Part shown: one piece after another, positions 32,211 to 42,847 of the stretch
How the letters are laid out: each line of letters begins with the position of its first letter
Position numbering within the stretch: the first letter of the stretch is position 1
Assembly: GCA_964291285.2 (NCBI GenBank)
Contig: OZ219789.1
Location: forward strand, 288,001-352,000
Direction of reading: 5' to 3'
DNA length: 64,000 nt
DNA from: Alphaproteobacteria bacterium
GTDB taxonomy: Bacteria; Pseudomonadota; Alphaproteobacteria; Bin95
Notes under the pieces: model-generated
What the model was told of the DNA's origin: nothing
What the model saw: only the letters and a program-made list of their open reading frames with translations
The model's database searches: none
Position numbers and translations under genes: made by a program

Positions 32211-33573
32211 CCTGCTCCCGGAACATCCGCGTTCCCGGGCCCCGGCCGCTTCGCGCGGCCGGGGCCTTCTTTCCTCCGGCGCCCTCCGGGCGGCCGGAGG
32301 TTCCCTTTGCACGGACAGGGGTTTTCATGCGCATACCCGCTCTCGTCATTGCGGCCGGGCTGTATCTGTTCGCCGCCGCGGCCCACGGCCAGGACGCGAC
32401 CGGCGAGCGGTTCCGGGCGGGCATGGAGGCGCTTGCCGCCGCGCAGGCCGCCGCGGACCGGGACGCCCGCGACGGGAAGCTCGACGAGGCGATTGCGGCG
32501 TTCCGGGCCATCCTGGTGGACCGCCCGGACCTGGTGCGGGTGCGCCTCGAACTCGCGCACGCCTTCTTCCTGAAGGAGGAGGACAGCCTGGCGCGGCGGC
32601 ATTTCGAACAGGTGCTGGCGGGGACGCCGCCGCCGGCGGTGGCCGCCAACATCCGGCGCTTTCTCGACATCATGCGCGCGCGGCGGCGCTGGGAGGCGCA
32701 TTTCGGCCTGGCGGTGGCGCCCGACAGCAACCTCAACGCCGCATCGGGAGAGCGCACGATCTTTCTCGACACGCCGTTAGGGCGCCTGCCCTTCACCCTC
32801 GACGGCGACGTGTCGCGCAAGTCGGGCATCGGCGTCTCGCTGTGGGGCGGCGGCGAATACCAGGTTCCGCTTTCGCCGGCCCTGCGGCTGCGCGCCGGGG
32901 CGGACGCCAGCGCGCGGGAATACAAGGGCGGGGCGTTCGACCGCCATTCGCTCTCGGCCCATATCGGCCCGCGCCGGCTGATCGACGGGAGCACGGAGGC
33001 GAGCCTGCTGGCGGTGGTGGACCGGCAGTGGACCGCCGGGCGGCCCGAGACCGACCGCTTCGGCGTCCGGCTGGAAGGCGCGCACCGCCTGACGCCGCGC
33101 CTCGCCCTGTTCGCCCACGCCAGCGCCACCCGGCGCAACTGCCGCGGCTGCAACCATCTCGACGGCCCGGTAGGCGATGCGATGCTCGGCGCAAGCTGGG
33201 CCGCCCTGCCGATCCTGCGCCTCGGCGGCCATGCCGGATACAACTGGACCCGCGCCAATGCCGGACACTGGCGCAACCGCGGACCCCGGGCCGGCCTCGG
33301 CGCGACGCTCGCGCTGCCGGCCGGCTTCACCCTCGGCCTGCGCGCCTCCCTGCAGCGCGCCGCATACCGGGGACAGGGCTTCGCCCACAATACCATCGAC
33401 CGCAGGCCGCGCCGGGACGAGACGCGCAGCCTCTCGCTCTCCGTGCACAACCGCGCCGTCACCGTGCTCGGCTTCAGCCCCCGCCTCTGTATCCGTTCGG
33501 GTTCCGGGGGATCGTATGCCTCCACGGATTTTCTGACTGGTAACTACTTCGCGCATGCGCTACGGTCTCGCGC

Positions 33574-35739
33574 ATGGCGGTTTTCGACGCGGATTTCTGC
33601 ACCGACCTGACGCTGGCCGAGGGGGGCGACACCTTGTGGTCGCCTCCCATGGTGATGCCGGCGTGCGAGCCGCTCGACTGGGCGTCTGTGCTTGAAGAGG
33701 CAGAGGCGCGGATCGAGGAGGAACGGGGTCGCGCACGCGTGGCGGAGTTGCGCCGCGAGGAACTGCGCTGGTCGGAGAGGGACGCCTGTACGCGCGTGCG
33801 TTCTCTGGAGAGGCAGCTTGAGACTTGCCGGTTCAAGCTCAAGTTGGCCGTAACCAGGACCGCGTCGCGGGCCATGAAGGCGTTGGAGCGCAGGGTCGAG
33901 TATCAGGACGACGAGATCGCCGGTCTTTACCTCTCGTTGCGCCGGTCTCACGAGCACCGGGAGCGGGTCGAGGCGCGCCACCGGGACGAGATCAACTGGT
34001 TGAAGCAGGACATCGACCGGGAGCGCTCGCGGCTCGCGAAGGTACACCGCGAGGGCGAGCGCGTGGCCGAATCTCTGCGCAGGCGGTTCGACCGGCATCT
34101 CGCCGCGGCCAGGCGGCTGGTGAAGGCCGGGGAGGGCACGATCGCGTGGCTGCGCGCGCGCAACGACCGGCTGCGGGCGGCGGTCGTGCGGGCCACGGAG
34201 CTGATCGGGTCGCTGCGGGAGAAGAATGCCGGGCTGCGCGCCGAGGTGCGGGATCTGAAGGGCGAGAATGCCGCGCTGGCCGCGCGGGTCGAGAAGCTGG
34301 AAGGCGACCTCGACAAGCTGCGCTCGACCCGCAGCGTCCTGTCGAAGGCGCTCTACGGCAGCAGGAGCGAGCGGCAGAAGAAGCCGGGCACCGGGCGCGA
34401 GCGCGGCCAGCAGCGCGGCACCGCCGGGCACGGCCGCACCCGGCGCCCCGGGCTCAGGAAGAAGAAGGAGACGCGCGACCCGCCGGAAGATGCGCGGATC
34501 TGCCCGCGTTGCGGCAAGCCCTATGTCGCCAACGGCGAGCGGCGCACCACCCTCTTCGAGATCGATGTCGAGGCCTGCGAGCGCACCATCGTCCGGTCGC
34601 GCTGGCGCCGGGCTTGCGACTGCGCCTCCGCGCCGCGGGAGGTGACCGCGCCGCCGGCGGTGCGACTGTTCGAGACCACGCCTTACGGGATCAGCGTCTG
34701 GACGTGCATGCTCTACGAACGGTTCGTCTGCTGCCGGCCGCTGCATCGGGTCGCGGCCTGGCTGGCCGACATGGGGCTGACGATCTCGCCGGGCACCCTG
34801 GCCGACAGCATCAAGCGCTTCGTGCCGCTGTTCGAGCCGCTGGCCGAGGCGATCCTTGCGCACCAGAACACCGCGGCCCTGCGCCATGCCGACGAAACAT
34901 CCTGGCGCGTTCAGGCCTGGCGCGAGAAAGGCCGGTCGAGCCGCGCCTGGCTGTGGACCTCGGTGAGCCCGGACGCGGTCTATTACCACATCGATCCCTC
35001 GCGCAGCGCCGAGGTCGCGATGAAGCTGTTCGGTTCGACACAGGGCATCGTGGTTCTGGTCTGCGACCGGTTCAGCGCCTACAGAAAGCTGGCCCGCGAA
35101 CTCGCCGGCAAGGTGATCCTGCAATGGTGCTGGGCGCACCAAAGGCGCTCGTTCATCGACGGCGCGGCCGGGCGGGTGCGGCTCAGGCGCTGGTGCCAGA
35201 GATGGATCGAGCGGATCGCGGAGATCTACCGGCTCAACGAGGCGCGGCTGGAGCATTACGACCCCGCTCACCCTCTCGAACGCCAGACGCCGGCGTTCGA
35301 CGTCGCGCACGCCAGGCTGAAGAAGGCGGTCGACGAGCTGTTCGCGGCCGCCGAAGCGGAACTGGCCGGGCTGACGGACAGGGCGCGCAGGGCCAGGCCG
35401 CTGCGCTCGCTCCTCAAGCACCGCGAGGGGCTGTGCGTCTTCGTCGACAAGCCGTTCGTGCCCATGGACAACAACCGCGGCGAACTCTCCCTGCGCTTCG
35501 CGGTCATCGGGCGACGGCTCTCGTTCGGCTCCGACAGCGAGAAAGGCGCCGGGTTCACGGCAACGATGTACTCGGTGGCCGGCACGCTGGCGATCAACGG
35601 CATCGACGTCCGGCGCTGGCTCGGTGAATGGCTGACCGCGTGCGCGGAGAACGGCGGCGAGCCGCCGGAAGACCTCTCGCCCTGGCTGCCGTGGTCGATG
35701 AGCGAGGCGCGCCGGCGCGAACTCGCGGCGGCGGGATGA
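33574..35739 (+). CDS. IS66-family transposase with long N-terminal coiled coil
   Basis: CPRCG zinc finger, HADET.W, LVCDRFSAY, CWAH.RR, DNN. Confidence 0.9.
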   Translation: MAVFDADFCTDLTLAEGGDTLWSPPMVMPACEPLDWASVLEEAEARIEEERGRARVAELRREELRWSERDACTRVRSLERQLETCRFKLKLAVTRTASRAMKALERRVEYQDDEIAGLYLSLRRSHEHRERVEARHRDEINWLKQDIDRERSRLAKVHREGERVAESLRRRFDRHLAAARRLVKAGEGTIAWLRARNDRLRAAVVRATELIGSLREKNAGLRAEVRDLKGENAALAARVEKLEGDLDKLRSTRSVLSKALYGSRSERQKKPGTGRERGQQRGTAGHGRTRRPGLRKKKETRDPPEDARICPRCGKPYVANGERRTTLFEIDVEACERTIVRSRWRRACDCASAPREVTAPPAVRLFETTPYGISVWTCMLYERFVCCRPLHRVAAWLADMGLTISPGTLADSIKRFVPLFEPLAEAILAHQNTAALRHADETSWRVQAWREKGRSSRAWLWTSVSPDAVYYHIDPSRSAEVAMKLFGSTQGIVVLVCDRFSAYRKLARELAGKVILQWCWAHQRRSFIDGAAGRVRLRRWCQRWIERIAEIYRLNEARLEHYDPAHPLERQTPAFDVAHARLKKAVDELFAAAEAELAGLTDRARRARPLRSLLKHREGLCVFVDKPFVPMDNNRGELSLRFAVIGRRLSFGSDSEKGAGFTATMYSVAGTLAINGIDVRRWLGEWLTACAENGGEPPEDLSPWLPWSMSEARRRELAAAG

Positions 35740-36617
35740 CCGGCGCGGTCGAGTGTCGCTATTACGGGCGCGACTTCACCGAAGATGAAATGGCGCTGCT
35801 GCGTGCCCTGATCGCCGATCCCGCCCCGCTCTCCCGCCGCGCCCTGTCGATCGAGTTCTGCCGGCGCATCGGCTGGCTCAAGCCCGACGGCGGACTGAAG
35901 GACATGATGGCCCGTGTCGCCATGCTCGCCATGCACAAGGACGGGCTCATCGAGCTGCCGCCGCCGAGGGGGCGGCAGCACCGGCCCAGGCCGGTCCAGT
36001 TCGGACCCGACACCGAACCGCCGCTGTTCCCGGCGCCCACGACCCTCGACGAGGTCCGCCCGCTCGACTTCCGCACCGTCGTGCACAGCACCCGCGAAGG
36101 CAGGCTCTGGAACGAGTTCATCGCCCGCTACCACTATCTCGGACACAAGACACTGGTCGGCGCCCAGATGCGCTATGCCGTCCACGACCGCAACGGCTGG
36201 CCCGTCGCCATGCTCGGCTTCTCCACCGCCGCATGGAAGCTCGCCCCGCGCGACCGCTTCATCGGATGGACGCCCGAACTGCGCGAAAAGAACCTTCCTC
36301 TCGTCGTCGACAACCCGCGCTTCCTGATCCTGCCCTGGATCGAGATCCCCAACCTCGGCTCGCACATCCTCGCCATCGTGCGCCGCCGCCTGCCCATCGA
36401 CTGGACCGGGCGCTACAACATCACGCCGGTGCTCATCGAGACCTTCGTCGAAACGCCCCGCTACACCGGTGCCGTATACCGCGCATCGGGCTGGACCCGC
36501 GTCGGGACCACCCAGGGCCGGGGACGCTACGACAGGCACAACAAACGAGACCAGCCGAAAAAGGACATCTGGCTCCGCACACTGCGAAAAGACTGGCAAC
36601 GCACCCTCAATCGGTAG
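35736..36617 (+). CDS. DUF4338 (DruA-like) domain protein inside the IS
   Basis: WNEFIARYHYLG, RFLILPW..PNL.SHIL, ETFVE, G..YRASGW..VG.T.GRG; ATGA overlap. Confidence 0.85.
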   Translation: MTGAVECRYYGRDFTEDEMALLRALIADPAPLSRRALSIEFCRRIGWLKPDGGLKDMMARVAMLAMHKDGLIELPPPRGRQHRPRPVQFGPDTEPPLFPAPTTLDEVRPLDFRTVVHSTREGRLWNEFIARYHYLGHKTLVGAQMRYAVHDRNGWPVAMLGFSTAAWKLAPRDRFIGWTPELREKNLPLVVDNPRFLILPWIEIPNLGSHILAIVRRRLPIDWTGRYNITPVLIETFVETPRYTGAVYRASGWTRVGTTQGRGRYDRHNKRDQPKKDIWLRTLRKDWQRTLNR

Positions 36618-36834
36618 AAGCACAACCGTCGCCCCGGTGTGAAAATGCCGACAAGCGGATAACCCAATCCTCATCCCCCGGAACCCGAACGGATACCCGC
36701 CTCTCGCTCATCCGCGAGGAGCGCGATACCAACGCCCAGGCCCTCGACTACGACCGCAACCGCGCCGAACTCTCCTTCGTGCGACAGTTCTGACCGGACA
36801 CGCCGATAGCGGCAGCATCGGGCCGGGTCGTGCA

Positions 36835-37978
36835 TCAAGCCTCCAGCACGGCGCTCATGGCCTGCCCGACGCGTTCCGCGGCGGCTTCGATGTCGCGGTC
36901 GGCGAGATGGGCGTAGCGCAGCGTCATCCTCGCACTGGAATGCCCGAGCAGGCGGGAGACCACCGGGACAGGCACGCCGTTCATCACCGCATGGCTGGCC
37001 ATGGTATGCCGGAGATCATGAAGGCGGACATCCCCGATGCCGGCTTCGCGTCTGACGCGGTACCAGAGCGGCAGGTCGGGGCTGCGCGGGCGGGCGGGGT
37101 CGCGGCGAGGGGAACACGAACGCGCTGCCCGTGCGCGGCTGCCGGTCGAGAATGGCCCGCGCGCCGCTGCCGAGCGGAATGGTCCTCGGTCCGGTCTTGG
37201 CATCGGTGAGCGCCAGCCCGTCCTCGCGGACTTCCGACCAGCCGAGGCCCGTGATCTCGCTTCTGCGGCAGCCGGTCAGCAGCAGGAGGCGGATAATGTC
37301 GGCCTGCTGCCGCGCGCTCTTCCGGGTCTGCGCGTCCAGGGCGGCATGGAGGCGTGCGAGTTCCTCCCGGGACAGGAACCGCGTGAGCGCCGGGCGGCGG
37401 TTCCTTCTTGTGTCCCTGGCCGGATTGACCTCGACATGACCGCAGGCGAGGGCGAAGTTCATGATCTGGTGAAGGAGGGCGAAAGCGCGGTTGGCGCCGC
37501 CCGGCGCGGTCCGGCTGTAACGGTCGAACCATTGCCGGACATGGCCCGGCGCAATGCGGTCGAGCGGCTTCGGGCCGAATGCGGGAAGCAATTGTCGCCG
37601 GAGTATCCCGGACGCGGTTTGCTGGCCCGACGGCTTGTAGCGGTCGAAGTGGGCCTCCTTCCATGGACCGGCGACGAAATCCCGGAACAGCGGGACCGGC
37701 CGCGCCCGCGCGGTTTCCACCTCGGGCTCGGGGTTCGCCTTGCGGGCATGGCATTCCCTGTGAACCTCTTCCAGGCTTTTCACCCCGACCGGACCGAGCG
37801 AGACGCGCTTCGTGCGCCCGCCGCTGTCGAGCAGCAGCACCCAGCTGCGCCCGCCGGTGGGCCGCACCCGGACGCCGAGACCGGCGATGCGCGTGTCCCG
37901 GACCGTATATTCCCACTCGCGGGGGCGGAAACGGGCGACGGCGGCGTCGGTGAGTTTCATCCGTTCCCGGCCCGCCAT
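36835..37978 (-). pseudogene. Tyrosine recombinase (pair B, second), frameshifted near 37100
   Basis: Near-identical to 56664-57875; 2-bp loss in a CGCGCG run shifts HDLRH/RYAH into another frame. Confidence 0.88.
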
Positions 37979-37981
37979 CGC

Positions 37982-38685
37982 TCAATCCCCCACCAGCGCC
38001 GCGCCGACGGTCTCGGCGGCGTCCTGCACCATGGCGTCGGCGACATGGGTATATTTCAGCGTGGTTTCCGGCCTGCGGTGGCCCAGCAGCCGGCCGATGG
38101 CGAGCACCGTCTCGCCCTGCCTGAGGGCAAGGCTCGCATGCGTATGGCGCAGGTCGTGAAGGCGGGCGTCCTCCAGGTCCGCCTCGGCGCGGACCCGGTT
38201 CCAGAAGTGGAACAGCCAGCTTCCGCTCCGGGGCCGGTCGCCCCTCGATGCCGGGAATATCCACCGCCCCTTCCGCTCGAGACGATCAAGCACCGTCCGG
38301 GCCGGCTCCGACAGCCAGACTGTCCGGGGTTCCGTCTTGGAATCGCGCAGGAACAGGCGGCCTTCGCGGTAGTCGGACCATTGCAGGGTGAGGATCTCGC
38401 CCTTGCGGCAGCCGGTCAGCAGCAGCAGGCGGATGACGGCGACATGCTGCGGCCAGCGGGCCTCATGCGCCTTGAGCCTCCCGGACAGGCGGTGGATTTC
38501 CTCGTCCGGGAGGAACCGCTCACGGCCCTTGCGGCGGTAGCGCCTGATCCCCCGGCAGGGGTTGGACCCTTCCGGGCGCAGGCCCATGGCCTCCGCCTCC
38601 CTCATGATGACGGACAGCACCGGCATGGAGCGGTCCGCCGCCACCGGCAGCGCGCAGGCTGGCGAACCAGTTCCTTACCTCCCGC
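37982..38685 (-). pseudogene. Tyrosine recombinase (pair B, first), 5'-truncated
   Basis: Near-identical to the 3' part of 55540-56664, from EVRNWF onward. Confidence 0.88.
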
Positions 38686-38981
38686 GCGATCGCCGCCGGC
38701 CTGAGGCCGGCCTCGAAGGCGGCGAGGATCGGCTTTTCCTGCCCCTGCGTCACCGGCGCGGGCCTGGCGTGCACCCTTCCTCCAGCCGTCTTGCCGGCCT
38801 GCCGCCCGCGCCTGCGGGCCTCGGCTGTCGCCGCTTCGACCGGCCGGTCGAGGTCCGCGTCGTCGAGATGGCGGAGCGAGCGGTCGAGGTCGGCGGGCAG
38901 GGCGAATGCGCCCGACCGGCTCCCGCCGCGCTTTCCCGTCTCGCCACCCGGGCGCGCCGTCCTTCCTGCGCGTTGCCCCAC
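38686..38981 (-). pseudogene. Small hypothetical gene, 3' end lost at the junction with the integrase remnant
   Basis: LPADLDRSLRHLDDADL...ILAAFEAGLRPAAIARE (HTH-like start) runs into integrase sequence. Confidence 0.5.
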
Positions 38982-39246
38982 CTCCGCGGTTTTTCCTGTC
39001 GCCAGTGAGCGCGTCGCGTGTGCGCTGGTCGATTGCAGCCCGAACGTGCCGGTGTGGCCATGGCCGGGGCGCTTTCCAGCTACCCGTCACCCGTGCCGCC
39101 GGCCTGCCGCCCGACGCCGGGAACACCGCCTCCCCCGCTCCGCGCCGGCAGGAGGGAAGGTCTGGCCGTGAGCGGGGCGGCGGTCGGCGCTTCGGAGGGC
39201 GGGGCGCTGCCGCCGGGTTTCACCACGGCACGATGGAGACGGCAGC

Positions 39247-39579
39247 ATGACGGCAGCAAGGATGGCGATGCCCGGCAATACGGCGAGCACGTTTCTGGTC
39301 CACTATTTCGGCGGCGGCCTCGACGGCGACGACCGCTTCGTGGTCGAGCGGTTCCGCGCCCTGGCCTGCGGCGACATTCGTCCGGTCCGGGACGGCGAGG
39401 AGAACGCGAAGGGGCGGCGCAAGGTCGGGCGCACCGTGGTCTCGCGCAAGGAAGCCGAGGCGATGCGCCCGGAGCGCACCGAGATCATCATCTGCACCGG
39501 CCTTCGCACCCGTGGCGGGAAACAGGCCTGGGGTTCGGTTGCGGCGGGCCTCCTGTGCGACCGCAAGCAGCGCGGCTGA
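39247..39579 (+). CDS. Hypothetical protein
   Basis: GGAG RBS; plausible composition; co-oriented with the next gene. Confidence 0.45.
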   Translation: MTAARMAMPGNTASTFLVHYFGGGLDGDDRFVVERFRALACGDIRPVRDGEENAKGRRKVGRTVVSRKEAEAMRPERTEIIICTGLRTRGGKQAWGSVAAGLLCDRKQRG

Positions 39580-39666
39580 GCGCTTTCCCGAAGGACGTCC
39601 CGCCGGCCCGGCCGGGTCGGCCGGGCGTCCCTCTTCCGTTTTCCCCACGGCAAGGAGAACGCTCCC

Positions 39667-40644
39667 ATGTGCGAGCAGCAGGACATCGGGGCCCGGCGCG
39701 CGCGCGACAAGTGTATCGGGTGCGGCAAGCGCGAACCCGCGCCCGCACGGACCCTGTGCGCGTCCTGCGGCAAGAAGCGGAACCGGGCGAGCCGGGCCAG
39801 GGACGCAAGGCTGCGCACCGCCGGCCTCCCCCGGAGAGACCCCGACAAGGCCCGCGCCCAAGAGCGCGACCGGTCCCGCCGCGAGGCTGAAATGCGCCGC
39901 GACGCCGGGCTCTGCATCCGGTGCGGCAATGCGCCGGCCGTGGAGGGCCGCGCGTCGTGCGAGCCGTGCCTGGAGAAACGCCGCGCCGACGACCGCGCCC
40001 GCTACGCCGCCTGCAAGGCTGCCGGGCTGCCCTATGGCGGCGCCAATGCGGAGGCAAAACGCAAGGCCGCCCGCCTCAAGAGCAGGCGCCGCCAGAAGGC
40101 AAGGGCCGAGGCCGGCCTCTGCATCCGCTGCGGCAGGCAGCCCCCCGTCAAGGGTGGAACCACCTGCCAGCCCTGCCGGGACAAGAGGCAGGCGGCGGAA
40201 CGGCGGCAATATGACGAACGCAGGACCGGGGGCCGTTGCACACGCTGCGGGCAGCCGGCCTTCGACGGCCTCTCGCGCTGTGGCCCCTGCGCCGCCATCG
40301 AAAAGGCCAGCCGGAAACCGGAGCGCAAGAACGCACGCTCCCGGCAGTTGTACGCCCGACGCCGGGCCGCCGGCCTGTGCACGGCCTGCGGGGCGCCGTC
40401 ACAGGGGGCGGCGCGCTGTGCGAACTGTGCCGAGAGGTCGTATCAAGGGTCGGCGCATTTCAGGGGCATCCCGGTCCACGAGCCGGTCTGGACCGTGATC
40501 GAACTGGAGACCGGCCGCGAGCACGGCCCGTTCGACGATCCGGCCGATGTCGCCCTCTGCCTCGCCTTCGGGAAGCTCGACCGCAACCGCGTCGAGATCG
40601 TCGCCGACGCCCCCGTCACCGCCTCCTTCACCGCCTGGACCTGA
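39667..40644 (+). CDS. Protein with five tandem C4 zinc-finger-like repeats
   Basis: Five CxxC-x9-11-CxxC units separated by Arg/Lys-rich segments; AAGGAG RBS. Confidence 0.8.
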   Translation: MCEQQDIGARRARDKCIGCGKREPAPARTLCASCGKKRNRASRARDARLRTAGLPRRDPDKARAQERDRSRREAEMRRDAGLCIRCGNAPAVEGRASCEPCLEKRRADDRARYAACKAAGLPYGGANAEAKRKAARLKSRRRQKARAEAGLCIRCGRQPPVKGGTTCQPCRDKRQAAERRQYDERRTGGRCTRCGQPAFDGLSRCGPCAAIEKASRKPERKNARSRQLYARRRAAGLCTACGAPSQGAARCANCAERSYQGSAHFRGIPVHEPVWTVIELETGREHGPFDDPADVALCLAFGKLDRNRVEIVADAPVTASFTAWT

Positions 40645-40724
40645 CATGCTGTCCCGGGCGGCGATGGCGGCGCTCGCCTGGCCGCGATCCGCCGCGCCGT
40701 CCCTGTGTCGTGGAGAGGAGTGAA

Positions 40725-42420
40725 CCTAAATCCGGCATTTGAGGATGGCGTGGCCTTGCCGAATCCCTTGTAGTCTGCGGATATGAGCGGCTTTTCAGGG
40801 GCCGAAGAGGCTCACCCTGTGGGTGATTATCCTGGCGCTGTGCGGGATGTCGCCCGAGCGTCGGTGAAGGTGGACACCTTCGGCGGCGCGGTTCATGTGG
40901 AATGGGACCCTGATGCGGCGGTAACGCCGCTGGGCCATCTGGCGTTTTTCGCGGAATAGCTGAAGGTGAGCGGTCGCTTTGACGCTTTGGTTGCGGACTG
41001 CCCGCTGCGGTACACGAGCCCGAACGCGCCGTCGAAGCGGGATGTCCTGGGGACGGTTCTTCTGTCGGTTCTGGCGGGGCAATCGCGGTATGCGCACATC
41101 ACGTCGCTGCGCGGCGACGGGGTGAACCCTGCGCTGCTGGGTATGGACAAGGTTGCGAGCGAGGATTCGGTGCGGCGCGGTCTGGAGCGGATCGGTGCGG
41201 AGGCCGGCACATCGTGGCTTCAGGGCCATCTGGACGAGGTGGTCCGTCCGCTGCTGAGGGAGCCGTGGGTTCTGGACTGCGACACGACGATCAAGGCGCT
41301 TTACGGTCGTCAGGAGGGAGCGGTTGTGAGCTACAACCCGAAGAAGCCGGGCCGCCCCTCGCATGCCTGCCATGCGTTCCTGATGGCGGGCACGCGGCTT
41401 GTTCTTGATGTCGAGGTGGCGCCGGGCAACCATCACCATTCGAGGCGCGCGGCGCCGTCCTTGTGGGCGTTGCTCGACCGTCTTGGGCGGGATCGCTGGC
41501 CGCGTCTGGTGCGGGGCGACAAGGACTGGGGCAGCGAGGCCAACATGGCGTCGTGCGAGGCTGCGGGTCCGGACTATCTGTTCAAGCTGCGCCTGACGAA
41601 GGGGGCGCGCCGGCTTGCCGGGCGGCTGATGGCGCGGGACGGCTGGGAGGATGCGGGCCAGGGCTGGTCGGGGATCGGGGCCGATCTGCGTCTGCAGGGC
41701 TGGAGCCGGACGCGCCGGGTTGTGGTGCTGCGCCGGCGGCTTCCTGCGACGCTGGCGCTGACGCGTGGCGACAAGGCCCGGGGCGAGCTGTTCCGGACCG
41801 GGGCGCAGCCCGGCACCGGGGTGTGGGAGTTCGCGGTGCTGGCGACCTCGCTGGACCTGGAGATACGCTCGCTGGCCCGGCTCTACCGCGACCGGGCGGA
41901 CGCGGAGAACGGCTTCGACGAGTTGAAGAACCAGTGGGGCTGGGGCGGCTTCACCACGCGCGACCTGACGCGCTGCCGGCACATGGCCCGGCTGGTCGCG
42001 CTCATCTGCAACTGGTGGAGCCTGTTCGTGCGCCTCGCCGACCCCGACCATCACCGCGAGGCGATCACCAGCCGGCCGCTGCTCCTGCACGGGGTTGCCC
42101 GCCAGACCCACCACGCCGGCCAGACCCGGCTGACGGTGACCTCCCATCACGGGCGTCGCAAGACGGTGATGGCGGCGCTGCGCCGGATCGCCGGCTTCTT
42201 CCGGTCGCTGACGCAAACTGCGGAGCAGTTGAGCGCCGGGGATCGCTGGCGCCGCATCCTCGCCGAGGCGCTCAGGAAATACCTCCATGGCCGCGAACCG
42301 GGGCGTCAACCCTGGCTGCCGCCACCCAGGGCCGCGACCGCGTGCTGAAATCCACGCCCAAATCCGGCCGTTCACACTACCCCGAGACAGCGATCAAGCC
42401 CGTCAAATGCCGGATTTAGG
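40725..42420 (+). mobile_element. IS1380-like element copy 3; premature TAG at 40957
   Basis: Same TIRs; TSD GTGAA; same nonsense codon as copy 2. Confidence 0.9.
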
Positions 42421-42536
42421 GTGAAGCGCCTGCCGGGCGAGTGTCCGGCAGGGCGGAGGAGAGGACTCCCCGCCGATGCCGGATCGATGTCCGGCACAGG
42501 TCGCCGGGCAGGGCAACGGCAAAGGAGACCCCGCCC

Positions 42537-42743
42537 ATGTTTCATCCCGATACATCCCTCGACCTTCCGCTCGGCTGCGACTTGCTCGCCGAACTCGGCG
42601 TCGACCGTCGCACCGTCCGCGAGATCGCCGGGGACGAGCGCGCCATCCGCTGCCCCGACAGGGGCGCGGCCTGTCCGGAACACGGCTTCGCGAGCCTCTT
42701 CCCGGAACCGGCGTCGTCGTTCTCTCCGGGCGGTCAGGGGTAG
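42537..42743 (+). CDS. Small hypothetical protein (homolog of 7966-8193)
   Basis: AAGGAG RBS; shared motifs and same position before ssb. Confidence 0.6.
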   Translation: MFHPDTSLDLPLGCDLLAELGVDRRTVREIAGDERAIRCPDRGAACPEHGFASLFPEPASSFSPGGQG

Positions 42744-42847
42744 AGGAGGGCCTGAAGAGATTGAACGGGCGGGGGTTCGGGGGAGTGACCCCGGTCCCGG
42801 TCGTTCGCAACCCATCGTCATGAACACGAACCTGAAGGAGTATCGCA

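Larger units (their letters stand above)
33489..36696 (+). mobile_element. IS66-like element (3208 bp)
   Basis: 24-bp perfect TIR GTATCCGTTCGGGTTCCGGGGGAT; 8-bp TSD CCGCCTCT. Confidence 0.92.
32327..36793 (+). pseudogene. Slam-family protein copy 2, split near its 3' end by an IS66-like element
   Basis: 32327-33488 matches copy 1; the tail SLIREERDTNAQ...SFVRQF resumes after 36704. Confidence 0.88.

Noticed and set aside
35736-36617. Druantia defence system
   Set aside because: Only the DUF4338 gene is present, inside IS ends; no DruE-like helicase or other dru genes
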